Notes under the pieces: model-generated
The model's input: only the letters and a program-made list of their open reading frames with translations
Told to the model about the DNA's origin: nothing
Database searches by the model: none
Origin: Vulcanimicrobiota bacterium
Lineage (GTDB): Bacteria; Vulcanimicrobiota; Xenobia; Xenobiales; Xenobiaceae
Direction of reading: 5' to 3'
DNA length: 64,000 bases
NCBI GenBank assembly: GCA_944322965.1
Contig: CALUQR010000008.1
Span: forward strand, 4,418 to 68,417
Part shown: in pieces, positions 49,178 through 57,232 of the stretch
How the letters are laid out: the number at the start of each line of letters is the position of its first letter
Position numbering within the stretch: the first letter of the stretch is position 1
Made by a program: the position numbers and the translations under genes

Positions 49178-49975
49178 GTGAAGGAGTCTGGCTCTGTGAA
49201 AAAATTAATGCCCGCTTTAGCCTTGGGCGCTCTGCTATGGGCAGCGGCCCCTGCGGCGGCTCAGACCGGCCCGGACTACGACATGCGCTTCGAGCTAACC
49301 TACACCCCGTTGCGCATCTCTACGTCTGATCCCTCAGGCGTAGTCCACTCCAATATCAACGCCATTACGCTCAGCGGCGAAGGCCGAGTTTTCGAAGGCA
49401 TCATGTTCGGCGGAAGCTACACCTTCGGCGGTGGCAGCGACTTGGACGTAGTCGGTATAGATAGCGTCATGGGCGCACCGGTCACCTTCAACTGCAGCAG
49501 TCCTGAGTATAAGGACCTAGAAATTTACGCGAAGATCCCCTTTAACTTCAGAGAGTTCGGCGATCGCAGTCGCACTATGGATGGCCCCCCGGCCATGTCC
49601 CCCTTCTACGGTTATGTAGGCTATAAGAATACCAGCTTGACCTCTAAGTGGCCCGACGGCGCTGGTCTGACCGGAAAAGCAAACATAGAAAACTCGTCCG
49701 GTTTCGGCTTCGGTCTGGGCGCGGAGTTCGCCTGGGAACCTATCGGCCTCTACGGTCAGGCGGTATACTATCCGGCTATGATCACCAAGAACGTGGGCTT
49801 GGATGGCAATCCCGACGGCAAGTTGAACGTCTGGGAGTTGGATATCGGAATCCGCACTAACTTCAAAGATAGCCCCATCCAAGGGCGTATCGGTTACCAC
49901 TGGGAGACCCACAACGCTAGCAACGTCGATCTGCGCTATGACGGCATCCAGATTGGCGCCGTAGCTGAGTTCTAA
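49178..49975 (+). CDS. Outer-membrane beta-barrel protein
   Basis: Signal peptide AAPAAAQ, an alternating hydrophobic pattern, and a C-terminal aromatic residue (AVAEF). Confidence 0.7.
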   Translation: MKESGSVKKLMPALALGALLWAAAPAAAQTGPDYDMRFELTYTPLRISTSDPSGVVHSNINAITLSGEGRVFEGIMFGGSYTFGGGSDLDVVGIDSVMGAPVTFNCSSPEYKDLEIYAKIPFNFREFGDRSRTMDGPPAMSPFYGYVGYKNTSLTSKWPDGAGLTGKANIENSSGFGFGLGAEFAWEPIGLYGQAVYYPAMITKNVGLDGNPDGKLNVWELDIGIRTNFKDSPIQGRIGYHWETHNASNVDLRYDGIQIGAVAEF

Positions 49976-50007
49976 ACTCTTTAAAGTTATCTCCCTGACT
50001 TAATAAG

Positions 50008-50045
50008 TTTTGGCCCGCCCGGAAAGCTTTCCGGGCGGGCCAAAA
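50008..50045. terminator. Bidirectional terminator (perfect 38-bp palindrome)
   Basis: TTTTGGCCCGCCCGGAAAGCTTTCCGGGCGGGCCAAAA between convergent genes. Confidence 0.75.
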
Positions 50046-50062
50046 TTTATTAGACCGCTTTC

Positions 50063-50662
50063 TTACCAGGGCCTACGGTTATCTAAGGCCCGGGAGAGGG
50101 TCAGAGGGTCGGTATACTCTAAGTTGGCCCCTATGGGGAGGCCGCTAGCCAAACGGGTCAAGCGCACCCCCTTACCTTGGAGCAACTCCTTTAAGTAGAG
50201 GGCCGTAGCCTCCCCCGCTACGGTGGGATTAGTAGCTACGATAATCTCCTGGATAGGTTCCCTCTTTAAGCGCTCTAGGAGGGAAGCCAAATTGAGCTCC
50301 TCGGGACCGATCCCATCTAAGGGGGAGATTAGGCCCCCCAAGACGTGGTAGAGGCCCCGGTACTGGCCGGAATTCTCCATAGCCATCAGCTCCCTAGTAT
50401 TAGCTACTAGACAGAGAGTCTGGGGCTCGCGGTCGGGGTCCTGACAGATAGGGCAGAGCTCGCCCTCCGCCAGATTGCCACAACGCCTACAAGAGGTCAG
50501 CCTCTCCTTGACTTCCTTTAGCGCCTGGGCCAGAGCTTGGACCCGCTCTAAGGGGGCCTCCAAAAGGTGGAAGGCCAAGCGGGCCGCCGTCTTGGGGCCC
50601 ACGCTGGGCAAGTATTGCAACTCGCCCATCAAGCGCTCTAAAGAGCGCGGATACTTACTCAT
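50063..50662 (-). CDS. recR: Recombination protein RecR
   Basis: LPSVGPKTAARLAFHLL HhH, C4 zinc finger CRRCGN...CPIC, and a Toprim region. Confidence 0.95.
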   Translation of the reverse strand: MSKYPRSLERLMGELQYLPSVGPKTAARLAFHLLEAPLERVQALAQALKEVKERLTSCRRCGNLAEGELCPICQDPDREPQTLCLVANTRELMAMENSGQYRGLYHVLGGLISPLDGIGPEELNLASLLERLKREPIQEIIVATNPTVAGEATALYLKELLQGKGVRLTRLASGLPIGANLEYTDPLTLSRALDNRRPW

Positions 50663-50671
50663 AAACCCCTT

Positions 50672-50992
50672 TTAGAAGAGGCCCGGAGGTAAGTTGAGGC
50701 CCGCCGCCACCTTGCCCATACGGTTGGAAGAGAGCTGGCGCGATTTCTCTAAGCCGTCGTTAATAGCTACCAAGATCAGATCTTCTAACATCTCTACATC
50801 CTGGGGGTCGACTACCTCTTTAGAGATCTTGATCGAACGCAAGACCTGGGCCCCAGTTACCACCGCCTTAATAGCTCCGCCCCCGGCTACGCCCTCTACG
50901 GTAGCCTCTTCCAATTCCTTCTGAGCGTTGGCCAGGTCCATCTGCATCTTCTGCTGCATCTTCTGTACCTGTTTGAGGATCTGTTTTTGCAT
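50672..50992 (-). CDS. ybaB: Nucleoid-associated protein YbaB/EbfC
   Basis: 106 aa. MQKMQ...EGVAGGGAIKAVVTG...I...VDP.D.EMLEDLI, typical of the family. Sits upstream of recR. Confidence 0.9.
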   Translation of the reverse strand: MQKQILKQVQKMQQKMQMDLANAQKELEEATVEGVAGGGAIKAVVTGAQVLRSIKISKEVVDPQDVEMLEDLILVAINDGLEKSRQLSSNRMGKVAAGLNLPPGLF

Positions 50993-51074
50993 GCTCTACT
51001 CCCTTACATCTAGCGGCTCCGCCACCCCCAGTTGCGGAGCTCCACCTTAATCTCTGCCGCCCTTTCGCCCCCCT

Positions 51075-51548
51075 CTAGCCAAAGCCTCTCTCTAGAAACT
51101 CTACCCGCTCCAGCTGGAAATGGGAGCCCTCCACTTGCAAAATGACTAACTGCTTAGCTTGACCGCCCCGCGGCTCGCTGACGCTGCCCGGGTTGAGGTA
51201 GTAGACCCCATCTTGGAAATATTGCTGGAAGCGGTGGGTATGGCCAAAGACTACCAGTTGGATCTTGTGGGGATCGGGCTTAAAAGATAGGTAATTTATA
51301 TTGTGGATGACTAAGAGATGGAGCTCCTCCACCTGCAATAAGGCCTCTTTAGGGAGCTGGTCCGCCCACGGGCCCCAATCGCAATTGCCCCGCACCGCCG
51401 TCAGAGGGGCGATAAGCTCCAACTCCGCCAAAAGGCGCGGATCCTCCGTGTCCCCCGCGCAGACTATATAATCGACACCCGCCAGGCGCTCTAAGACCCG
51501 CTCCTCTAAATGGCGGTGGATATCAGAAATTAAGGCTACTCGTTTCAC
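51075..51548 (-). CDS. Metallophosphoesterase (YfcE/MJ0936 family)
   Basis: Motifs SDIH, GD, GNCD and GHTH. Confidence 0.85.
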   Translation of the reverse strand: MKRVALISDIHRHLEERVLERLAGVDYIVCAGDTEDPRLLAELELIAPLTAVRGNCDWGPWADQLPKEALLQVEELHLLVIHNINYLSFKPDPHKIQLVVFGHTHRFQQYFQDGVYYLNPGSVSEPRGGQAKQLVILQVEGSHFQLERVEFLERGFG

Positions 51549-51775
51549 TTTTTAGCTTCCACAATATTGACGCTCCCATTTTCGGGATCGAAGATTAAAC
51601 GCAACTGGCCGCTACGCAAGCGCTTTTCTACGCTAGCTATGCGCCGCTCTAAAGGCCAGTCGCACTCATATCCGCCCCTAGTTACGTACTCCTCTAAGAC
51701 CCCGCGCCGAGCCTCTAAACTCAAGCGCTCCCAGGGTACCTCTATTAACTGGCCCTCCTGGCCCTCAGCTGGCAA
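51545..51775 (-). CDS. YheU (UPF0270) family protein
   Basis: IEVPWERLS...LEEYVTRGG...ERRIASVEKRLRSGQLRLIFDPENGSVNI parallels E. coli YheU. I prefer the TTG at 51775 (AGGGAGG 8 nt upstream). The ORF track extends to 51898. Confidence 0.55.
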   Translation of the reverse strand: MPAEGQEGQLIEVPWERLSLEARRGVLEEYVTRGGYECDWPLERRIASVEKRLRSGQLRLIFDPENGSVNIVEAKK

Positions 51776-51926
51776 CTCTCCCACCTCCCTAACCCCCCAC
51801 CCCAAAGTAGGACCTAAACTAAAAATCCTGATACCTGAAGCCCCGCAAAACCCCTGCCTAAAAGGGGGGACTAGCCCCCAACTAGAAGGCCCCGCCACTA
51901 CCTACTAGCGAAATGAGGCCCTCCCC

Positions 51927-52994
51927 ATGCCCAGCTATATTAGCGGCCAATTGCCAGGGATCGGCGGCCAGCTGCGCCGCTACCCCCAAGATTTCCGAGT
52001 CCAAGAGATCCCCGCCTACCCGCTCTGCGGTCAGGGCGAACATCTCTTTATAGAGATCACTAAAGAGGGGATCACCACCCAAGCCGCTATCTCCGAGCTG
52101 GCCCAACGTTTAGGGATCCCCGCTAGCTCTATAGGTTACGCGGGCCTTAAAGATCGCCAAGCGATGACGACCCAACGCCTCTCCCTCCCCGCCTGCGCCT
52201 GGCCGGGCGCCACCTCCGACTTAGAGCCTAAAGCTTGGCCCCTCCTCCCCGACTTAAGCTTCCAGGTGGAGATCTTAGGGCTACACAATAATAAACTGAA
52301 GACCGGTCACCTGCAGGGTAACCGCTTCGCTATCCGAGTGCGCCAGGCTAACCCCCGCTGGCCCCAACTGGTCCCCCCCATCCTGCAGGCCCTGCGCCGC
52401 CACGGGATGGCCAACTTCTACGGGCCCCAGCGCTTTGGACGCCAAGGGGATAACGCCCTCAAAGGGCTAGAGGGACTGCGCCGCGGTTATCTCCCCGGCC
52501 CCAAGTGGCGCAAGTGGCTCCTCATCTCCGCCCTCCAATCCCAACTCTTTAACCGCTGGTTAGAGGAGCGGATAGCCGACGGACTCTTTGAAAAAGCTAT
52601 CATAGGCGACGTCTTTGGGAAATTGCCCCAAGGAGGAATCTTCTACTCTCTGGAGCCCCAAGCTGAGCAGCCCCGCTTGGAGGCCTTCCAAATTAGCCCC
52701 ATGGGTCCCATCTTCGGCTACAAGATGTTTAAAGCCCAAGGGGAGGCTCTGGAGCGGGAAGAGCGGATCTTAAAGGAAGCGGATATAAAATTGGAAGAGT
52801 TCCGGGCCCTCAAAGCGGAGGGGAGTAGGCGTAGAGCCCGCCTGCCCGTCGAGGACTTAGAGATCTGCGATCTAGAGGGCGACCCCCTCTTCACCTTCAC
52901 TCTGCCCGCCGGCAGTTACGCCTCCGTCTTAGTAGGCGAATTTATGAAGAGCGACTTAGCCCCCAGCGAAGAGGACGAAGTCGATAGCGAGTGA
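51927..52994 (+). CDS. truD: tRNA pseudouridine(13) synthase TruD
   Basis: GEHLF, catalytic YAGLKDRQA, NFYGPQRFG, and LSALQSQLFN. Confidence 0.9.
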   Translation: MPSYISGQLPGIGGQLRRYPQDFRVQEIPAYPLCGQGEHLFIEITKEGITTQAAISELAQRLGIPASSIGYAGLKDRQAMTTQRLSLPACAWPGATSDLEPKAWPLLPDLSFQVEILGLHNNKLKTGHLQGNRFAIRVRQANPRWPQLVPPILQALRRHGMANFYGPQRFGRQGDNALKGLEGLRRGYLPGPKWRKWLLISALQSQLFNRWLEERIADGLFEKAIIGDVFGKLPQGGIFYSLEPQAEQPRLEAFQISPMGPIFGYKMFKAQGEALEREERILKEADIKLEEFRALKAEGSRRRARLPVEDLEICDLEGDPLFTFTLPAGSYASVLVGEFMKSDLAPSEEDEVDSE

Positions 52995-53006
52995 GGTCTA
53001 GTCGCC

Positions 53007-53999
53007 GTGAAGAAGCAGACCCTGCTCCTAACTTTGCGCCGCCATTTCCGCTTCTGGGTCCTAGTAGTGGCCGATGTAGTACGCAATTTTATCCGGGACG
53101 ACTGCGCCTTTATGGCGGCCGGTATCGCCTTCTACGCCTTCCTCTCCCTCTTCCCCATGTGCCTAGTCCTAGTCTCCTTCTTCGGCTGGGTGCTCTCTAT
53201 CGATTGGATCCACCAGCAGGTAGTCTTGGGCTTCTCCCAACTGAATATCATCCCCTTAGAGGAAAAATCGGGCACGGGACTGACCTACACCAGCGAGTTA
53301 GTGCGCCAACTCCTGCCGGCTACTAGCGAATGGATCGTGCGTGAACTCTCCGTCCTGGCCGAACATATCGGGCGCAACGTCCTCATCTCCGTCGTCGTAG
53401 GCCTCTGGTCGGGCCGCCATATGTTTGTAGCTATGGAATATGGCTTACAGAAGATCTGGAACCTCAGGACCCAGCGCAATTGGTTCTCCAGTAACTTAGT
53501 GAGTATGTATCTCATCTTAGTTACGGGGCTAGTCTTCACCGTGCTCCTGACCTTCACCGGGGTGATGAGTATCGTCCAGAATGTGATCGCCAACTTCAAC
53601 TTGCCCAGCTTTATGGGCTTCTCTATCGACCAGGCCATGCTCTGGAATTGGGTAGTCTCCTGGATCATGATCCCCCTAGGGGCCAGCACCCTCTTCCTCA
53701 TGATGTACCGCCTCCTCCCCTCCGAGCCCCTCCCCGTAGCCTACCTCCTCCCGGGCGCCATCTTCTCCGGCCTAGCCTGGAAATTGTCGGGCCTAGCCTA
53801 CGTCACCTACGGCGAAAAATTCGGCCAAGTCTCCGCCTTCTACGGTTCAATCTGGTACCTCGTCGGCCTTATGACCTGGCTCTATATCGTAGCCGTCGTC
53901 TTCCTCCTAGGCGCCGAAGTAGTCCACGCCTACGCCTACCAACAAAAGCTCCAAACACACTTTTTTCGAATTCGGAATTCGGAATGCGGAGTGAGCTAG
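53007..53999 (+). CDS. YihY/BrkB-family membrane protein
   Basis: AAGIAFYAFLSLFP start and a 6-TM pattern. The last ~12 codons and the stop lie inside repeat array C. Confidence 0.8.
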   Translation: MKKQTLLLTLRRHFRFWVLVVADVVRNFIRDDCAFMAAGIAFYAFLSLFPMCLVLVSFFGWVLSIDWIHQQVVLGFSQLNIIPLEEKSGTGLTYTSELVRQLLPATSEWIVRELSVLAEHIGRNVLISVVVGLWSGRHMFVAMEYGLQKIWNLRTQRNWFSSNLVSMYLILVTGLVFTVLLTFTGVMSIVQNVIANFNLPSFMGFSIDQAMLWNWVVSWIMIPLGASTLFLMMYRLLPSEPLPVAYLLPGAIFSGLAWKLSGLAYVTYGEKFGQVSAFYGSIWYLVGLMTWLYIVAVVFLLGAEVVHAYAYQQKLQTHFFRIRNSECGVS

Positions 54000-54103
54000 C
54001 CGCCGAAGGCGGCTAGCAATGCGGAATGCGTAATGCGTAATGCGGAATTAGATGGCGCTTGTTAGTGGCTTAGCGGATCCGGAAATAGCTGGACACACGG
54101 GAG

Positions 54104-54383
54104 AATCGCTGGCAGTTTCACTGCCCTAAATCTAATTCGGAATGCGCTAGCCGCCGGGACGGCCGGCGGCAATTCGGAATGCTTAGTTCGTAATTCGGAA
54201 TTAAGTCTCTACTTGTTAATGACTTGGCGGATCCGGAAATAGCTGAGCATACGGGAAAATCGTTGGCAGTTTCACTGCCTTTTGAGGGCTCTGGTTTGGC
54301 GCTTTGATGCTGGCGCTCAGATCTTAGATTTGTGTTCTGTTCCCTCATGAAGGCCTTTAGGACGCTTGTCCAATTGGACCGCG
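54104..54383 (+). repeat. ~280-bp segment X, copy 1 (short unit + centre + palindrome), near-identical to 57802-58087
   Basis: Direct alignment by eye shows only a few substitutions across ~280 bp. Confidence 0.9.
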
Positions 54384-54579
54384 GCGCGCGCCGCACACCA
54401 AGACGATTTTCTCCCCAGCCAAGTAACCTGCGGAATCAGCCGGTCATTTTCCCAGCTATCTCGCCCCTAAGTCCCGCCAAAACAAAAGTTAGGGCCACAG
54501 CCTACCTTCCCGGCTGTAGCCCCTAATTCCGAATTACGAATTCCGAACTACGCATTGCCCCCCTGCCGCCAAGTAAGTC

Positions 54580-54609
54580 TTGCGACAACCAAGGTTCCGG
54601 TTGTATACT
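54580..54609 (+). promoter_or_regulatory. Putative sigma70 promoter of rpn copy 1
   Basis: TTGCGA, 18 nt, TATACT. The same arrangement is conserved upstream of copy 2. Confidence 0.5.
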
Positions 54610-54656
54610 ATCCCCAGCGATAACTTAACTTCGACACGTATAAAGGGGGGATAGAT

Positions 54657-55649
54657 TTGGGCCACGATTCTAGTTACAAGAAGTTTTTTAGTCGCACCGA
54701 TATGGTTGAGTCACTGGTGCGAGATTTTATTTCCGGTGATCTAGCCGACGAACTCGACTTTAAGACCCTGAAGCTGATGCCTACCGTTTTTCAAAAACAT
54801 GGACAGACGGAACGGCGTGGCGATCTTATTTGGCGGCTCAAATGGAGAGACGGTAGTCCTTGTCTTTTGGCCATACTTTTAGAGTTTCAGAGTACTATCG
54901 ATAAGAAGATGCTCTGTCGATTACTGGAATATGCCACTCTCTTCTTAGAGCAAACCTTGGACGATGATAAGAGCAAAGGGCTGTCTTTGCCGCAAATTTT
55001 GCCCATTGTGCTCTACAATGGCGCCAAACCTTGGAGCGCGCCTTGCGTTTATAACGAGTTGTCGGAGCGCGAAAGGCTAGCTTATGAGCGCGGCATTTGG
55101 GATTTCAAATACCATTTAATTGACATTCGCCACCTAGAAGAATCTCTAGTAGATAAAGCTAAAGGTATCAGCGCATGGATCTTTCGCTTTGAACGAGCTG
55201 CAAGTGTCCAGGATATGGAGCGACTCTGGAGAGTGATGTTCCGCGCTCTAAGGAATCCAGCTTATGAAAATTTGCGCCAAGAGATTATAATGTGGCTAGA
55301 GACCTGCGTCTTGCCAGTCCGCAAAATATCGGGCGCTAAAATAGTTATAGAACGTTTGAAGGAGGAAGAGAAGATGACCGTAGTTACCGCCGAAATGGAG
55401 GACTGGACCCTCCCCTACATCAACCAAGGAATCAAACAAGGCCGCGCCGAAGGTGAGGCACGTGGCCTCGCAGAGGGAGAACGTATAGGCTTGAGTAAGG
55501 GAAGACGCGAAGGCGAAGCCAAAGGCATAGCCGAGAAAGCGGCCCAAGTCATCCGCCAAATGATCGCTGAAGGTTTTGAAGATAATCTAATCGCCAAATT
55601 AGTCAGCGTTCCCTTATCCGAAGTCAAAAAACTACGTCTACAAATCTAA
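54657..55649 (+). CDS. Rpn-family recombination-promoting nuclease / putative transposase (YhgA-like PD-(D/E)XK N-domain, DUF4351-like C-tail), copy 1
   Basis: HDSSYKKFF...TLKL...GDLIWRL...LLEFQST...M..RLLEY parallels E. coli RpnA/YhgA. TTG start after GGGGGGA. GC looks lower than in the neighbouring genes. Confidence 0.88.
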   Translation: MGHDSSYKKFFSRTDMVESLVRDFISGDLADELDFKTLKLMPTVFQKHGQTERRGDLIWRLKWRDGSPCLLAILLEFQSTIDKKMLCRLLEYATLFLEQTLDDDKSKGLSLPQILPIVLYNGAKPWSAPCVYNELSERERLAYERGIWDFKYHLIDIRHLEESLVDKAKGISAWIFRFERAASVQDMERLWRVMFRALRNPAYENLRQEIIMWLETCVLPVRKISGAKIVIERLKEEEKMTVVTAEMEDWTLPYINQGIKQGRAEGEARGLAEGERIGLSKGRREGEAKGIAEKAAQVIRQMIAEGFEDNLIAKLVSVPLSEVKKLRLQI

Positions 55650-56239
55650 TTCGGAGTAGGCTAGCCGCCGGGACGGCGGCTTAGCAATGCGGAATGCTTA
55701 ATGCGTAATGCGGAGTGTTCCGGCGGAAAAACCGCCGGAACAATTTGGGATGCGTAATGCGTAGTTCGGAATTAGATGGCTCTTGTTAGTGGCTTAGCAG
55801 ATCCGGAAATAGCTGGACACACGAGAGAATCGCTGGAGGCTTCGCCTCCCTTGCGGCGCGCTCCGCGCCGCACACTCCCAGCGATTTCCCCCCAGCCAAG
55901 CTACCTTCGGAACCAGTCAGCAACTAACTCCTTGCCATCTCGCCCCTACCCCACCGCAAAAACTAAAGTTAGAACCACACCCTCTCCCTCAGCCGCGCCA
56001 CCCCCAATTACGCATTACGCATTCCTAATTCCGAATTGCCCTCCCGCCGCGTCCCTCCTAATTCCGAATTACGAATTCCGAACTACGCATTACCCCCACT
56101 ACCCTCAATTCCGAATTACGCACTCCGAATTACGCATTACCGCCTCCGGCGGCAACATAAGTCTTGCGGCAACTAAGGTTACGGTTGTATACTCTCTCTA
56201 GCGGAAACTTAACTTCGATACGCGCAAGGGGGGATAGAT
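55650..56239. repeat. Composite repeat array D: hairpins and heptamers, 1 short unit (+), GC hairpin, 1 long unit (-), long heptamer tracts, promoter
   Basis: 10-bp-stem hairpin GTTCCGGCGG-AAAAA-CCGCCGGAAC at 55717-55741. GCGGCGCG-CTC-CGCGCCGC at about 55853-55871. Heptamer tracts at 56006-56140. Confidence 0.9.
56164..56193 (+). promoter_or_regulatory. Putative sigma70 promoter of rpn copy 2
   Basis: TTGCGG, 18 nt, TATACT. Syntenic with 54580-54609. Confidence 0.5.
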
Positions 56240-57232
56240 TTGGGCCACGATTCTAGTTACAAGAAGTTCTTTAGTCGCACCGATATGGTTGAGTCACTGG
56301 TGCGAGATTTTATTTCCGGTGATCTAGCCGACGAACTCGACTTTAAGACCCTGAAGCTGATGCCTACCGTTTTTCAAAAACATGGACAGACGGAACGGCG
56401 TGGCGATCTTATTTGGCGGCTCAAATGGAGAGACGGTAGTCCTTGTCTTTTGGCCATACTTTTAGAGTTTCAGAGTACTATCGATAAGAAGATGCTCTGT
56501 CGATTACTGGAATATGCCACTCTCTTCTTAGAGCAAACCTTGGACGATGATAAGAGCAAAGGGCTGTCTTTGCCGCAAATTTTGCCCATTGTGCTCTACA
56601 ATGGCGCCAAACCTTGGAGCGCGCCTTGCGTTTATAACGAGTTGTCGGAGCGCGAAAGGCTAGCTTATGAGCGCGGCATTTGGGATTTCAAATACCATTT
56701 AATTGACATTCGCCACCTAGAAGAATCTCTAGTAGATAAAGCTAAAGGTATCAGCGCATGGATCTTTCGCTTTGAACGAGCCGCTAATGTTCAGGAGATG
56801 GAGCGACTTTGGAAAGTGATGTTCCGCGCTCTCAAGAATCCAGCTTATGAAAATTTGCGCCAAGAGATTATAATCTGGCTAGAAACCTGTGTCTTGCCAG
56901 TCCGCAAAATATCGGGGGCAAAGATCGTTGTAGAACGTTTAAAGGAGGAAGAAAAGATGACCGTAGTTACCGCCGAAATGGAAGACTGGACCCTCCCCTA
57001 CATCAACCAAGGAATCAGACAAGGCCACGCCGAGGGAAGATTAGAGGGTGAGCGCATAGGCGAACTTAGAGGAAGACGCGAAGGAGAGCGCATCGGGGAG
57101 GCTAAGGGGATAGCGGAAAAGGCGGCTCAGGTCATCCGCCAAATGATCGCTGAGGGATTTGAGGATAACTTAATTGCCAGATTAGTCAGCGTCCCCTTAT
57201 CAGATGTGGAAAAACTCCGCCTACAAATCTAA
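56240..57232 (+). CDS. Rpn-family recombination-promoting nuclease / putative transposase, copy 2
   Basis: 330 aa. The first ~181 codons are identical to copy 1 apart from one synonymous change. The C-terminal third diverges. Confidence 0.88.
   Translation: MGHDSSYKKFFSRTDMVESLVRDFISGDLADELDFKTLKLMPTVFQKHGQTERRGDLIWRLKWRDGSPCLLAILLEFQSTIDKKMLCRLLEYATLFLEQTLDDDKSKGLSLPQILPIVLYNGAKPWSAPCVYNELSERERLAYERGIWDFKYHLIDIRHLEESLVDKAKGISAWIFRFERAANVQEMERLWKVMFRALKNPAYENLRQEIIIWLETCVLPVRKISGAKIVVERLKEEEKMTVVTAEMEDWTLPYINQGIRQGHAEGRLEGERIGELRGRREGERIGEAKGIAEKAAQVIRQMIAEGFEDNLIARLVSVPLSDVEKLRLQI

Larger units (their letters stand above)
53965..54656. repeat. Composite repeat array C: heptamer tracts and GC hairpins, 2 short-form units (+), centre segment, palindrome, 1 long-form unit (-), then the rpn promoter
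   Basis: GCTAGCCGCC-GAA-GGCGGCTAGC hairpin at 53995-54017. GATCCGGAAAT cores at about 54077 and 54231. GTCCAATTGGAC at 54368-54379. Confidence 0.9.

Noticed and set aside
51776-51898. N-terminal 41 codons of the YheU-family ORF as given in the ORF track
   Set aside because: Homology to YheU starts only after residue ~50. A TTG with a good SD lies at 51775. The extension overlaps the divergent truD upstream region.
54118-54526. ORFs 54118..54396 (-) and 54332..54526 (+); also 57832..58053 (-), which gives a near-identical peptide
   Set aside because: The identity simply reflects the duplicated ~280-bp segment X. The ATG is missing in the third copy of the centre (1-75 reads CACGAGAGAACAG). 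No SD is present, so these are treated as non-coding.
55776-56201. 141-aa ORF across array D
   Set aside because: It is a translation of repeat units and heptamers (IPNYEFRTTHYPHYPQFRITHSELRIT). Low complexity, and no start context.
54580-57232. Treating the rpn genes as a classical IS element
   Set aside because: No terminal inverted repeats or target-site duplications are evident immediately around a single gene. Rpn/YhgA proteins are not established autonomous transposases. The surrounding structure is a repeat lattice, not IS ends.
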